Origin: Nemertoderma westbladi
Lineage: Eukaryota; Animalia; Xenacoelomorpha
Direction of reading: 5' to 3'
Length of the DNA: 64,000 bases
NCBI GenBank assembly: GCA_032718475.1
Contig: JAUCBJ010000519.1
Location: 32,556-96,555 of the forward strand
The translations under genes were made by a program, and so were the position numbers. Positions 52,901 through 62,000 of this stretch are shown here, piece by piece. The notes below the pieces were generated by a model that was given only the letters and a program-made list of their open reading frames with translations, was not told the origin of the DNA and did not search any database. How positions within the stretch are numbered: the first letter of the stretch is position 1; each line of letters opens with the position of its first letter.

Positions 52901-53075
52901 ACGGCTTCAACACATCGTCGTTATCGGAATCTCCTTCACTCTCATCGGGGAACTCAATTTCCGGCAGCACATCGCTAGGTTCGGCAGCACCGGGGTCCGA
53001 GAGGTTGGGGACGTAGTTCTTGTGAAGAGGTTCGAAGTCATCGTTGTAGAAGGAGTAGATGTTAGCGGGAGCGGT
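1173..53075 (-). CDS. NACHT and WD40 repeat protein (NWD1/NWD2-like), multi-exon, partial at both ends; 22 exons in window
   Basis: Manual splicing gives one open frame with matching phases. It contains a DUF4062-like region (LYVCSALSDMQCER...VLLGQKYG), NACHT motifs (LVLHGNQGCGGKAFMCRLA; LVIFIDGLD), post-NACHT motifs (NLRKLQEMSHHL; CLFNFGFVLAKM) and WD40 repeats (GHKDCLTSVTVSTDGTLVASTSRDRMLKIWN). Exons: 52836-53075, 43557-43680, 43082-43281, 42533-42716, 39760-39787, 39585-39639, 38547-38896, 36705-36885, 29468-29676, 16947-17108, 15920-16094, 15228-15392, 14915-15053, 12960-13386, 12316-12546, 8730-8971, 7991-8202, 7192-7399, 6724-6896, 5331-5559, 3213-3364, 1173-1311. Confidence 0.88.
1745..3230. 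repeat. ~38-bp minisatellite (~39 copies) containing the donor of exon 3213-3364
   Basis: Minus-strand unit GGGGAAACATTCAAAG|gtaaacattggtaaacaata. Confidence 0.97.
3213..3364 (-). CDS. WD40-region exon (GCGFDLL...VWNLETEDHKHMGKHSK)
   Basis: ttttccag acceptor, gtaaac donor, phase 1/0. Confidence 0.87.
3410..5337. repeat. 26-bp minisatellite (~70 copies) containing the donor of exon 5331-5559
   Basis: Minus-strand unit agctaaaag|gtcagtgatcgtagat(c/t). Confidence 0.97.
5331..5559 (-). CDS. WD40-region exon (VIHAFRGS...GKHLRTAK)
   Basis: cattttag acceptor, gtcagt donor, phase 0/1. Confidence 0.85.
5600..5890 (-). mobile_element. tRNA-derived SINE-like element
   Basis: A box TGGCGTAGTGG and B box GGTTCGGTCC on the minus strand. 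The body (tttccagtgcg...ccccagaggaaact) recurs at about 31585-31630. Confidence 0.6.
6480..6570 (-). mobile_element. RTE-like LINE 3' fragment
   Basis: Homologous to 8330-8700, 20950-21150 and 24940-25460. Confidence 0.7.
6724..6896 (-). CDS. WD40-region exon (DQYVVSFFDG...HGDL)
   Basis: cccgttcag acceptor, gtaggt donor, phase 1/0. Confidence 0.8.
7192..7399 (-). CDS. WD40 exon (IWNIRTGVCIQTL...AGAE)
   Basis: cctattag acceptor, gttagt donor, phase 0/1. Confidence 0.87.
7991..8202 (-). CDS. NWD-like exon, first WD40 repeat (GDPKKYP...GHKDC...DRMLK)
   Basis: ggtttag acceptor, gtaacc donor, phase 1/0. Confidence 0.9.
8330..8700 (-). mobile_element. RTE-like LINE 3' fragment
   Basis: RLRFAG...QPVRNLV...MGDRELWR motif. 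Confidence 0.8.
8730..8971 (-). CDS. NWD-like exon (KDCLFNFGFVLAKM...SQLVGRL...VAP)
   Basis: gttacag acceptor, gttggt donor, phase 2/1. Confidence 0.9.
9162..9500 (+). mobile_element. Short non-autonomous Helentron/HINE-like element with duplicated 5' terminus
   Basis: Two tgtggggcgagccac(g/t)aag-like termini and a gcgtgaaggcc 3' motif shared with 46845-48474. Confidence 0.5.
9990..12332. repeat. 24-bp minisatellite (~97 copies) containing the donor of exon 12316-12546
   Basis: Minus-strand unit GCTATGGACGCACTCAG|gtgggt(c/t). Confidence 0.98.
12316..12546 (-). CDS. NWD-like exon (YLENRDK...NLRKLQEMSHHLINANAMDALR)
   Basis: ctcacag acceptor, gtgggt donor, phase 2/2. Confidence 0.9.
12960..13386 (-). 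CDS. NWD-like exon (GYKKTSSLLYLK...FQRLEMEFG...REAASDR)
   Basis: Acceptor at 13387-13388, gttagt donor; LE..FG, GVS..EL.DLL and RFP...W.RL motifs. Confidence 0.9.
14915..15053 (-). CDS. NWD-like exon (TLYPKKENFFIEIPDL...SLNQ)
   Basis: tttttag acceptor, gtaatt donor, phase 0/1. Confidence 0.87.
15228..15392 (-). CDS. NACHT Walker B exon (LVTKDYPLVIFIDGLD...NRLQ)
   Basis: tttctgttctag acceptor, gttatt donor; hhhhDGLD and WLP motifs. Confidence 0.9.
15381..15880. repeat. 40-44-bp minisatellite (~12 copies) containing the acceptor of exon 15228-15392
   Basis: Minus-strand unit gtaactcatcccgttatttctgttctag|TTGGTTACCAAG. Confidence 0.96.
15920..16094 (-). CDS. NACHT exon (FRNCVTIVRLVGVT...DLLQ)
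   Basis: ttattacag acceptor, gtagga donor, phase 2/0. Confidence 0.9.
16231..16852. repeat. 28-bp GC-rich intronic minisatellite (~22 copies), not junction-derived
   Basis: Unit cgaaggctcctctctaccggaggcaacc. Confidence 0.95.
16947..17108 (-). CDS. NACHT Walker A exon (HYGRKN...GNQGCGGKAFMCRLA)
   Basis: ttttctag acceptor, gttggt donor, phase 2/2. Confidence 0.9.
18172..18530. mobile_element. Partial copy of the MITE family at 30430-31286
   Basis: Shares aatatagtgtc...ttttctacaaatc...caaggattcc.aatatgtaaca. Confidence 0.6.
18681..18990. repeat. ~24-bp pure-AT tandem repeat
   Basis: (aatattaaataaaaaaaatattat)n. Confidence 0.9.
19456..20607 (+). CDS. Hypothetical intronless ORF (383 aa), antisense inside an intron, with a 34-aa duplication and ~18 heptad repeats (DTQRNAT)
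   Basis: Long open frame with in-frame 102-bp and 21-bp repeats. No recognised domain; may belong to a mobile element. Confidence 0.4.
   Translation: MCFRLAHRQSAYGGYPLAEIKSYSQYELASRPKWDQARHPLADYCANGSDRSPCRVEEGWCRRHDKRAIRKPTSVIRKKVKLREIVNEEPVLNGGIFDEPVTGYRQETDGLQCEPITGVTYMEEFIIQSDTPNGLLRCSPPPIENSRKKENVKVLEENQNIDILEPLFAATNIYKPIENSRKKENVKVLEENQNIYILEPLFAATNIYKPIENLRLSNGECMKNTDTVSDVYQNVTDTQRNATDTQRNASDTQRNGSDTQRNATDTQRNATDTPRNATDTQRNATDTQRNASDTPRNATDTRRNGSDTQWNGTGTQWNGTSTQRNATGTQRNFTGTQMKGTGTQWNGSGTQWNGTGAQRNGTDVYQNVNDTWRNGIICFILHM
20935..21150 (-). mobile_element. RTE-like LINE 3' end with (agt)n tail
   Basis: MTFLRRILKNTGLEDAKDLANVMGDRELWR followed by a (tac)n run on the plus strand. Confidence 0.8.
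21460..22547. repeat. 64-bp tandem repeat (~17 copies) of a HINE-like element terminus
   Basis: Unit contains cttcgtggctcgccccaca, the reverse complement of the terminus at 46845. Confidence 0.93.
23100..24030 (+). mobile_element. CRE/HERO-like non-LTR retrotransposon 3' fragment (CCHC plus restriction-like endonuclease), frameshifted
   Basis: FRERLALRYG...CEGCG...HALSC...RHDEVR; RADL...FD; FTPLV.TTDG motifs. Confidence 0.8.
24940..25460 (-). mobile_element. RTE-like LINE 3' fragment
   Basis: RLRFAGHCFRREDQPVHNLVLWQPHG motif, upstream LLYGSPCW motif, short (agt)n tail. Confidence 0.85.
27150..29110 (+). mobile_element. L2/CR1-group LINE fragment: end of ORF1 plus APE endonuclease, truncated before RT, degenerate
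   Basis: ORF1 YNSFVV...LWPEGV; EN motifs FLQEH, GRPFGGLAVLWR, NVYLP, LGDFNAD; PGWNE...FWK linker. Confidence 0.85.
29468..29676 (-). CDS. NWD-like exon (VPRDKVF...LYDEISEHVTYCQNK)
   Basis: ttgtttcag acceptor, gttagt donor; LYDEI..H...C motif preceding the NACHT domain. Confidence 0.9.
30430..31286. mobile_element. Fold-back MITE (Tc1/mariner-like, TA flanks)
   Basis: TA|CACCATGGCCCGTAATATAGTGTCATTTTC...GAAAATGACACTATATTACGGGTCATGGTG|TA, with long imperfect inverted arms. Confidence 0.88.
31930..36740. repeat. 44-46-bp minisatellite (~108 copies) containing the donor of exon 36705-36885
   Basis: Minus-strand unit AAACAAACAACTACATGCCTTTATTAATGCGAAG|gttcgttatt. Confidence 0.98.
36705..36885 (-). 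CDS. NWD-like exon (SMPLSKMVVCTRNI...HAFINAK)
   Basis: tattccag acceptor, gttcgt donor, phase 2/0. Confidence 0.85.
36896..37260 (+). mobile_element. LINE (CR1/L2 group) 3' fragment
   Basis: RVKQLRLNHVHKVYNGKCPNYL...HSYSTR...GIKNWNALP...FKSAVK C-terminal motif. Confidence 0.85.
37751..37822 (+). tRNA. tRNA-Trp(CCA), possibly a pseudogene
   Basis: Cloverleaf with D arm gcgc/gcgc, anticodon stem tctga/tcaga with loop CTCCAGA, T loop TTCGAAT and a downstream T run. One mismatch each in the acceptor and T stems. Confidence 0.75.
38283..38351. repeat. Perfect 32-bp inverted repeat with 5-nt loop
   Basis: ttttattcctaaagatagactttatgccaggc-agtga-gcctggcataaagtctatctttaggaataaaa. Confidence 0.95.
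38547..38896 (-). CDS. NWD-like exon (DYGKLGQ...LLKTWYSLDE...YYLQPI...LEKEIK)
   Basis: ttcgtttag acceptor, gttagt donor; WY.LDE and YYLQPI family motifs. Confidence 0.9.
38891..39335. repeat. 39-41-bp minisatellite (~11 copies) containing the acceptor of exon 38547-38896
   Basis: Minus-strand unit tgtcaataacaacaaccaccccgatttggttag|GATTAC. Confidence 0.95.
39585..39639 (-). CDS. 55-nt exon (PDLAKTKTYEDDYYDDYD)
   Basis: actttttag acceptor, gtaagt donor, phase 2/0. Confidence 0.72.
39760..39787 (-). CDS. 28-nt microexon (EQVYSLYLPT)
   Basis: ctccatcag acceptor, gtaagt donor; needed to bridge phase 1 to phase 2. Confidence 0.65.
40506..41950 (+). mobile_element. CRE-clade non-LTR retrotransposon, 5'-truncated (RT thumb, CCHC, restriction-like endonuclease)
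   Basis: QACLPVRMGGLG; CARC...HGLSC...RHAMVND; RVDG...WDATVVD...KKTAKY...PVAFETYG. Confidence 0.9.
42533..42716 (-). CDS. NWD-like exon (VLLGQKYG...NITEGV)
   Basis: ttgttgcag acceptor. The donor is gtgcga, or the same-phase gtaggg 6 nt further on. LLGQKYG motif is typical of the family. Confidence 0.82.
42770..42925 (+). mobile_element. tRNA-derived SINE-like remnant
   Basis: B-box-like GGTTCAAATCC. The 3' end gctgaatctaaccaaaacaataaa recurs at about 12580. Confidence 0.45.
43082..43281 (-). CDS. NWD-like exon, DUF4062-like (DMQCERTILYEKTLP...SLYL)
   Basis: tttacag acceptor, gttagt donor, phase 1/0. Confidence 0.88.
43557..43680 (-). CDS. NWD-like exon (TSWHCLES...LYVCSALS)
   Basis: tttttctcag acceptor, gtaagt donor, phase 0/1. 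Confidence 0.85.
44275..51665 (-). mobile_element. Near-full-length CR1-like LINE (ORF1; ORF2 with PHD finger, APE endonuclease and RT), inactivated
   Basis: ORF1 runs from 51605 to about 50260 (LEQYSRRNCL, IDRCHRL, PVIVKF; frameshifted). ORF2 starts at 49659 with a C4HC3 PHD finger containing a TAG, then EN (GLTETWL, LGDFNLD, CIDNI, SDHLPV) and RT (DLAKAFD, GVPQGSILGP, FADD). A (tactt)n run at 44275-44347 is the likely tail. Confidence 0.93.
46845..48474 (+). mobile_element. Non-autonomous Helentron/HINE (DINE-1-like) element inserted in LINE ORF2
   Basis: 5' tgtggggcgagccacgaag, (gtc)n microsatellite, over three 315-bp central repeats, and 3' gccccacttcgtg complementary to the 5' motifs. 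Removing it restores the LINE frame (FIT-SRDK). Confidence 0.75.
52836..53075 (-). CDS. NWD-like exon (TAPANIYSFY...PGSVTK), acidic N-terminal region
   Basis: ctttctaccccacag acceptor, gttggt donor, 240 nt open, phase 0/0 matching the next exon. Confidence 0.75.
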
Positions 53076-56000
53076 CTGTGGGGTAGAAAGAGTAAATATC
53101 AGTGGGAGTGATGTTAGTTGTGATGTTAGTGGGAGCGGTCTGTGGGTAGAAAGAGTAGATGTTAGTGGGAGCGGTCTGTGGTAGAAAGAGTAGATGTTAG
53201 TGGGTGCGGTCTGTGGTAGAAAGAGTAGATGTTAGTGGGAGCGGTCTGTGGGTAGAAAGAGTAGATGTTAGTGGGTGTGGTCTGTGGTAGAAAGAGTAGA
53301 TGTTAGTGGGAGCGGTCTGTGGTAGAAAGAGTAGATGTTAGTGGGAGCGGTCTGTGGTAGAAAGAGTAGATGTTAGTGGGAGCGGTCTGTGGGTAGAAAG
53401 AGTAGATGTTAGTGGGTGTGGTCTGTGGTAGAAAGAGTAGATGTTAGTGGGAGCGGTCTGTGGTAGAAAGAGTAGATGTTAGTGGGAGCGGTCTGTGGGT
53501 AGAAAGAGTAGATGTTAGTGGGTGTGGTCTGTGGTAGAAAGAGTAGATGTTAGTGGGAGCGGTCTGTGGTAGAAAGAGTAGATGTTAGTGGGTGTGGTCT
53601 GTGGTAGAAAGAGTAGATGTTAGTGGGAGCGGTCTGTGGTAGAAAGAGTAGATGTTAGTGGGAGCGGTCTGTGGGTAGAAAGAGTAGATGTTAGTGGGTG
53701 TGGTCTGTGGTAGAAAGAGTAGATGTTAGTGGGAGCGGTCTGTGGCAGAAAGAGTAGATGTTAGTGGGAGCGGTCTGTGGATAGAACAAGTAGATATTAG
53801 TGGGTAGAAAGAGTAGATGTTACCGGAAGCGGTCTGTGGGTAGAAAGAGTAGATGTTAGGGGGAGCGGTCTGTGGGTAGAAAGAGTAGATATCAGTGGGA
53901 ACAGTCTGTGGGTAGAAATAGTAGATGTTAGTGGGATTGGTCTGTGGGTAGAAAGAGTAGATCTTAATGGGAGCGGTCCGTGGGGTAGAAAGAGTAGATG
54001 TTAGCGGGAGCGGTCTGTGGGTAGAAAGAGTAGATGTTAGTGGATGCGGTCTGTGGGTAGAAAGAGTAGATGTTAATGGGAGCGGTCTGTGGGTAGAAAG
54101 AGTAGATATCAGTGCGAGCAGTCTGTGGGTAGAAAGAGTAGATGTTAGCAGGTAGAAAGAGTAGATTTTTAGTGGGTAGAAAGAGCAGATGTTAGTGGGT
54201 AGAAAGAGTAGATGTTAGCGGGAGCGGTCTGTGTGGTACATAGAGTAGATAAGTTAGCGGAGCGGTCTGTGTGGTAGAAAGAGTAGATGTTAGCGGGAGC
54301 GGTCTGTGTGGTAGAAAGAGCAGATGTTAGCGGGTAGAAAGAGTAGATGTTACCGGGAGCGGTCTGTGGGTAGAAAGAGTAGATGTTAGTGGGAGCGGTC
54401 TGTGGGGTAGAAAGAGTAGATGTTAGTGGGAGCGGTCTGTGGGTAGAAAGAGTAGATGTTAGCAGGTAGAAAGAGTAGATTTTTAGTGGGTAGAAAGAGC
54501 AGATGTTAGTGGGTAGAAAGAGTAGATGTTAGCGGGAGCGGTCTGTGTGGTACATAGAGTAGATAAGTTAGCGGAGCGGTCTGTGTGGTAGAAAGAGTAG
54601 ATGTTAGCGGGAGCGGTCTGTGGGGTAGAAAGAGTAGATATCAGTGGGAGCGGTCTGTGGGTAGAAAGAGTAGATGTTAGTGGGAGCGGTCTGTGTGGTA
54701 GAAAGAGTAGATGTTAGCGGGAGCGGTCTGTGGGGTAGAAAGAGTAGATATCAGTGGGAGCGGTCTGTGGGGTAGAAAGAGTAGATGTAGCGGGAGCGGT
54801 CTGTGGGGTAGAAAGAGTAGATGTTAGCGGGAGCGGTCTGTGGGTAGAAATAGTAGATGTAGCGGGAGCGGTCTATGGGTAGAAAGAGTAGATGTAGCGG
54901 GAGCGGTCTGTGGGGTAGAAAGAGTAGATGTTAGCGGGAGCGGTCTGTGGGTAGAAATAGTAGATGTAGCGGGAGCGGTCTATGGGTAGAAAGAGTAGAT
55001 GTTAGCGGGAGCGGTCTGTGGGTAGAAAGAGTAGATGTTACCGGGAGCGGTCTGTGGGGTAGAAAGAGTAGATGTTAGCGGGAGCGGTCTGTGGGTAGAA
55101 ATAGTAGATGTTAGCGGGAGCGGTCTGTGGGTAGAAAGAGTAGATGTTAGTGGGTGCGGTCTGTGGGTAGAAATAGTAGATGTAGCGGGAGCGGTCCGTG
55201 GGTAGAAAGAGTAGATGTAGCGGAAGCGGTCTGTGGGTAGAAAGAGTAGATGTTACCGGGAGCGGTCTGTGGGGTAGAAAGAGTAGATGTAGCGGGAGCG
55301 GTCTATGGGTAGAAAGAGTAGATGTTAGCGGGAGCGGTCTGTGGGTAGAAAGAGTAGATGTTAGTGGGTGCGGTCTGTGGGTAGAAATAGTAGATGTTAG
55401 CGGGAGCGGTCTGTGGGTAGAAATAGTAGATGTAGCGGGAGCGGTCTATGGGTAGAAAGAGTAGATGTTAGCGGGAGCGGTCTGTGGGTAGAAAGAGTAG
55501 ATGTTAGTGGGAGCGGTCTGTGGGTAGAAAGAGTAGATGTTAGTGGGTGCGGTCTGTGGGTAGAAATAGTAGATGTAGCGGGAGCGGTCCGTGGGTAGAA
55601 AGAGTAGATGTTAGTGGGTGCGGTCTGTGGGTAGAAATAGTAGATGTAGCGGGAGCGGTCCGTGGGTAGAAAGAGTAGATGTAGCGGAAGCGGTCTGTGG
55701 GTAGACAGAGTAGATGTAGCAGGAGCGGTCTGTGGGTAGAAATAGTAGATGTAGCGGGAGCGGTCTATGGGTAGAAAGAGTAGATGTTAGCGGGAGCGGT
55801 CTGTGGGTAGAAAGAGTAGATGTTAGTGGGTGCGGTCTGTGGGTAGAAATAGTAGATGTAGCGGGAGCGGTCCGTGGGTAGAAAGAGTAGATGTAGCAGG
55901 AGCGGTCTGTGGGTAGAAAGAGTAGATGTTAGTGGGTGCGGTCTGTGGGTAGAAAGAGTAGATGTTAGTGGGTGCGGTCTGTGGGTAGAAATAGTAGATG

Positions 56001-59000
56001 TTAGCGGGAGCGGTCTGTGGGTAGAAATAGTAGATGTAGCGGGAGCGGTCTATGGGTAGAAAGAGTAGATGTTAGCGGGAGCGGTCTGTGGGTAGAAAGA
56101 GTAGATGTTAGTGGGTGCGGTCTGTGGGTAGAAATAGTAGATGTAGCGGGAGCGGTCCGTGGGTAGAAAGAGTAGATGTAGCGGAAGCGGTCTGTGGGTA
56201 GACAGAGTAGATGTAGCAGGAGCGGTCTGTGGGTAGAAATAGTAGATGTAGCGGGAGCGGTCTATGGGTAGAAAGAGTAGATGTTAGCGGGAGCGGTCTG
56301 TGGGTAGAAAGAGTAGATGTTAGTGGGTGCGGTCTGTGGGTAGAAATAGTAGATGTAGCGGGAGCGGTCCGTGGGTAGAAAGAGTAGATGTAGCAGGAGC
56401 GGTCTGTGGGTAGAAAGAGTAGATGTTACCGGGAGCGGTCTGTGGGGTAGAAAGAGTAGATGTTAGCGGGAGCGGTCTGTGGGTAGAAATAGTAGATGTA
56501 GCGGGAGCGGTCTATGGGTAGAAAGAGTAGATGTTAGCGGGAGCGGTCTGTGGGTAGAAAGAGTAGATGTTAGTGGGTGCGGTCTGTGGGTAGAAATAGT
56601 AGATGTAGCGGGAGCGGTCCGTGGGTAGAAAGAGTAGATGTAGCGGAAGCGGTCTGTGGGTAGACAGAGTAGATGTAGCAGGAGCGGTCTGTGGGTAGAA
56701 AGAGTAGATGTTAGTGGGAGCGGTCTGTGGGTAGAAATAGTAGATGTAGCGGGAGCGGTCTATGGGTAGAAAGAGTAGATGTTAGCGGGAGCGGTCTGTG
56801 GGTAGAAAGAGTAGATGTTAGTGGGTGCGGTCTGTGGGGTAGAAAGAGTAGATGTTAGCGGGAGCGGTCTGTGGGTAGAAATAGTAGATGTTAGCGGGAG
56901 CGGTCTGTGGGGTAGAAAGAGTAGATGTTAGTGGGTGCGGTCTGTGGGTAGAAATAGTAGATGTAGCGGGAGCGGTCCGTGGGTAGAAAGAGTAGATGTA
57001 GCGGAAGCGGTCTGTGGGTAGAAAGAGTAGATGTTAGCGGGAGCGGTCTGTGGGTAGAAAGAGTAGATGTTACCGGGAGCGGTCTGTGGGGTAGAAAGAG
57101 TAGATGTAGCGGGAGCGGTCTATGGGTAGAAAGAGTAGATGTTAGCGGGAGCGGTCTGTGGGTAGAAAGAGTAGATGTTAGTGGGTGCGGTCTGTGGGTA
57201 GAAATAGTAGATGTTAGCGGGAGCGGTCTGTGGGTAGAAAGAGTAGATGTTACCGGGAGCGGTCTGTGGGGTAGAAAGAGTAGATGTTAGTGGGAGCGGT
57301 CTATGGGTAGAAAGAGTAGATGTTAGCGGGAGCGGTCTGTGGGTAGAAAGAGTAGATGTTAGTGGGTGCGGTCTGTGGGTAGAAATAGTAGATGTAGCGG
57401 GAGCGGTCCGTGGGTAGAAAGAGTAGATGTAGCGGAAGCGGTCTGTGGGTAGACAGAGTAGATGTAGCAGGAGCGGTCTGTGGGTAGAAATAGTAGATGT
57501 AGCGGGAGCGGTCTATGGGTAGAAAGAGTAGATGTTAGCGGGAGCGGTCTGTGGGTAGAAAGAGTAGATGTTAGTGGGTGCGGTCTGTGGGTAGAAATAG
57601 TAGATGTAGCGGGAGCGGTCCGTGGGTAGAAAGAGTAGATGTAGCAGGAGCGGTCTGTGGGTAGAAAGAGTAGATGTTAGTGGGTGCGGTCTGTGGGTAG
57701 AAAGAGTAGATGTTAGTGGGTGCGGTCTGTGGGTAGAAATAGTAGATGTTAGCGGGAGCGGTCTGTGGGTAGAAATAGTAGATGTAGCGGGAGCGGTCTA
57801 TGGGTAGAAAGAGTAGATGTTAGCGGGAGCGGTCTGTGGGTAGAAAGAGTAGATGTTAGTGGGTGCGGTCTGTGGGTAGAAATAGTAGATGTAGCGGGAG
57901 CGGTCCGTGGGTAGAAAGAGTAGATGTAGCGGAAGCGGTCTGTGGGTAGACAGAGTAGATGTAGCAGGAGCGGTCTGTGGGTAGAAATAGTAGATGTAGC
58001 GGGAGCGGTCTATGGGTAGAAAGAGTAGATGTTAGCGGGAGCGGTCTGTGGGTAGAAAGAGTAGATGTTAGTGGGTGCGGTCTGTGGGTAGAAATAGTAG
58101 ATGTAGCGGGAGCGGTCCGTGGGTAGAAAGAGTAGATGTAGCAGGAGCGGTCTGTGGGTAGAAAGAGTAGATGTTACCGGGAGCGGTCTGTGGGGTAGAA
58201 AGAGTAGATGTTAGCGGGAGCGGTCTGTGGGTAGAAATAGTAGATGTAGCGGGAGCGGTCTATGGGTAGAAAGAGTAGATGTTAGCGGGAGCGGTCTGTG
58301 GGTAGAAAGAGTAGATGTTAGTGGGTGCGGTCTGTGGGTAGAAATAGTAGATGTAGCGGGAGCGGTCCGTGGGTAGAAAGAGTAGATGTAGCGGAAGCGG
58401 TCTGTGGGTAGACAGAGTAGATGTAGCAGGAGCGGTCTGTGGGTAGAAAGAGTAGATGTTAGTGGGAGCGGTCTGTGGGTAGAAATAGTAGATGTAGCGG
58501 GAGCGGTCTATGGGTAGAAAGAGTAGATGTTAGCGGGAGCGGTCTGTGGGTAGAAAGAGTAGATGTTAGTGGGTGCGGTCTGTGGGTAGAAATAGTAGAT
58601 GTAGCGGGAGCGGTCCGTGGGTAGAAAGAGTAGATGTAGCGGAAGCGGTCTGTGGGTAGACAGAGTAGATGTAGCAGGAGCGGTCTGTGGGTAGAAAGAG
58701 TAGATGTTACCGGGAGCGGTCTGTGGGGTAGAACGAATGGATGTTAGTGGGAGCGGTCTGTGGGTAGAAAGAGTAGATGTTAGCGGGAGCGGTCTGTGGG
58801 TAGAAAGAGTAGATGTTAGTGGGTGCGGTCTGTGGGGTAGAAAGAGTAGATGTAGCGGAAGCGGTCTGTGGGTAGAAAGAGTAGATGTTAGTGGGTGCGG
58901 TCTGTGGGGTAGAACGAATGGATGTTAGTGGGAGCGGTCTGTGGGTAGAAAGAGTAGATGTTAGCGGGAGCGGTCTGTGGGTAGAAAGAGTAGATGTTAG

Positions 59001-62000
59001 TGGGTGCGGTCTGTGGGGTAGAACGAATGGATGTTAGTGGGAGCGGTCTGTGGGTAGAAAGAGTAGATGTTACCGGGAGCGGTCTGTGGGGTAGAAAGAG
59101 TAGATGTTAGCGGGAGCGGTCTGTAGGTAGAAAGAGTAGATATGTTAGCGGGAGCGGTCTGTGGGTAGAAAGAGTAGATGTTAGTGGGTAGAAAGAGTAG
59201 ATGTTAGTGGGAGCGGTTTGTGGGTAGAAAGAGTAGATGTTAGTGGGTGCGGTCTGTGGGTAGAAATAGTAGATGTAGCGGGAGCGGTCCGTGGGTAGAA
59301 AGAGTAGATGTAGCGGAAGCGGTCTGTGGGTAGACAGAGTAGATGTAGCAGGAGCGGTCTGTGGGTAGAAAGAGTAGATGTTAGCGGGAGCGGTCTGTGG
59401 GTAGAAAGAGTAGATGTTAGTGGGAGCGGTCTGTAGGTAGAAAGAGTAGATGTAGCGGGAGCGGTCTGTGGGTAGAAAGAGTAGATGTTAGTGGGTGCGG
59501 TCTGTGGGTAGAAAGAGTAGATGTTAGCGGGAGCGGTCTGTGGGTAGAAAGAGTAGATGTTAGTGGGTGCGGTCTGTGGGTAGAAAGAGTAGATGTTAGC
59601 GGGAGCGGTCTGTGGGTAGAAAGAGTAGATGTTAGTGGGAGCGGTCTGTAGGTAGAAAGAGTAGATGTAGCGGGAGCGGTCTGTGGGTAGAAAGAGTAGA
59701 TATCAGTGGGAGCGGTCTGTGGGTAGAAAGAGTAGATATCAGTGGGAGCGGTCTGTGGGGTAGAACGAATGGATGTTAGTGGGAGCGGTCTGTGGGTAGA
59801 AAGAGTAGATGTTAGCGGGAGCGGTCTGTGGGGTAGAACGAATGGATGTTACCGGGAGCGGTCTGTGGGTAGAAAGAGTAGATGTTAGCGGGAGCGGTCT
59901 GTGGGTAGAAAGAGTAGATGTTAGTGGGAGCGGTCTGTGGGGTAGAAAGAGTAGATGTAGCGGGAGCGGTCTATGGGTAGAAAGAGTAGATGTTACCGGG
60001 AGCGGTCTGTGGGGTAGAAAGAGTAGATGTTACTGGGAGCGGTCTGTGGGGTAGAACGAATGGATGTTACCGGGAGCGGTATGTGGGTACAAAGAGTAGA
60101 TGTTAGCAGGTAGAAAGAGTAGATGTTAGTGGGAGCGGTCTGTGGGGTAGAACGAATGGATGTTACCGGGAGCGGTCTGTGGGTAGAAAGAGTAGATGTT
60201 AGTGGGAGCGGTCTGTGGGGTAGAACGAATGGATGTTACCGGGAGCGGTCTGTGGGGTAGAACGAATGGATGTTACCGGGAGCGGTCTATGGGTAGAAAG
60301 AGTAGATGTTACCGGGAGCGGTCTGTGGGGTAGAACGAATGGATGTTACCGGGAGCGGTCTATGGGTAGAAAGAGTAGATGTTAGCGGGAGCGGTCTGTG
60401 GGTAGAAAGAGTAGATGTTAGTGGGAGCGGTCTGTGGGGTAGAAAGAGTAGATGTTACCGGGAGCGGTCTGTGGGGTAGAACGAATGGATGTTACCGGGA
60501 GCGGTATGTGGGTAGAAAGAGTAGATGTTAGCGGGAGCGGTCTGTGGGGTAGAACGAATGGATGTTACCGGGAGCGGTCTATGGGTAGAAAGAGTAGATG
60601 TTAGCGGGAGCGGTCTGTGGGTAGAAAGAGTAGATGTTAGTGGGAGCGGTCTGTGGGGTAGAACGAATGGATGTTACCGGGAGCGGTCTATGGGTAGAAA
60701 GAGTAGATGTTAGCGGGAGCGGTCTGTGGGTAGAAAGAGTAGATGTTAGTGGGAGCGGTCTGTGGGGTAGAAAGAGTAGATGTTACCGGGAGCGGTCTGT
60801 GGGGTAGAAAGAGTAGATGTTAGCGGGAGCGGTCTATGGGTAGAAAGAGTAGATGTTACCGGGAGCGGTCTGTGGGTAGAAAGAGTAGATGTTAGCGGGA
60901 GCGGTCTGTGGGTAGAAAGAGTAGATGTTACCGGGAGCGGTCTGTGGGGTAGAAAGAGTAGATGTTAGCGGGAGCGGTCTATGGGTAGAAAGAGTAGATG
61001 TTACCGGGAGCGGTCTGTGGGTAGAAAGAGTAGATGTTAGCGGGAGCGGTCTGTGGGTAGAAAGAGTAGATGTTAGTGGGAGCGGTCTGTGGGGTAGAAA
61101 GAGTAGATGTTACCGGGAGCGGTCTGTGGGTAGAAAGAGTAGATGTTAGCAGGTAGAAAGAGTAGATGTTAGTGGGAGCGGTCTGTAGGTAGAAAGAGTA
61201 GATGTTACCGGGAGCGGTCTGTGGGGTAGAAAGAGTAGATGTTAGTGGGAGCGGTCTGTGGGGTAGAAAGAGTAGATGTTACCGGGAGCGGTCTGTGGGG
61301 TAGAACGAATGGATGTTACCGGGAGCGGTCTGTGGGTAGAAAGAGTAGATGTTAGTGGGAGCGGTCTGTGGGGTAGAAAGAGTAGATGTTACCGGGAGCG
61401 GTCTGTGGGGTAGAAAGAGTAGATGTTAGCGGGAGCGGTCTATGGGTAGAAAGAGTAGATGTTACCGGGAGCGGTCTGTGGGGTAGAAAGAGTAGATGTT
61501 AGTGGGAGCGGTCTGTGGGGTAGAACGAATGGATGTTACCGGGAGCGGTCTGTGGGGTAGAAAGAGTAGATGTTACCGGGAGCGGTCTGTGGGGTAGAAA
61601 GAGTAGATGTTAGCGGGAGCGGTCTATGGGTAGAAAGAGTAGATGTTACCGGGAGCGGTCTGTGGGGTAGAAAGAGTAGATGTTAGTGGGAGCGGTCTGT
61701 GGGGTAGAACGAATGGATGTTACCGGGAGCGGTCTGTGGGTAGAAAGAGTAGATGTTAGTGGGAGCGGTCTGTGGGGTAGAAAGAGTAGATGTTACCGGG
61801 AGCGGTCTGTGGGGTAGAAAGAGTAGATGTTAGCGGGAGCGGTCTATGGGTAGAAAGAGTAGATGTTACCGGGAGCGGTCTGTGGGGTAGAAAGAGTAGA
61901 TGTTAGTGGGAGCGGTCTGTGGGTAGAAAGAGTAGATGTTAGCGGGAGCGGTCTGTGGGTAGAAAGAGTAGATGTTAGCGGGAGCGGTCTGTGGGGTAGA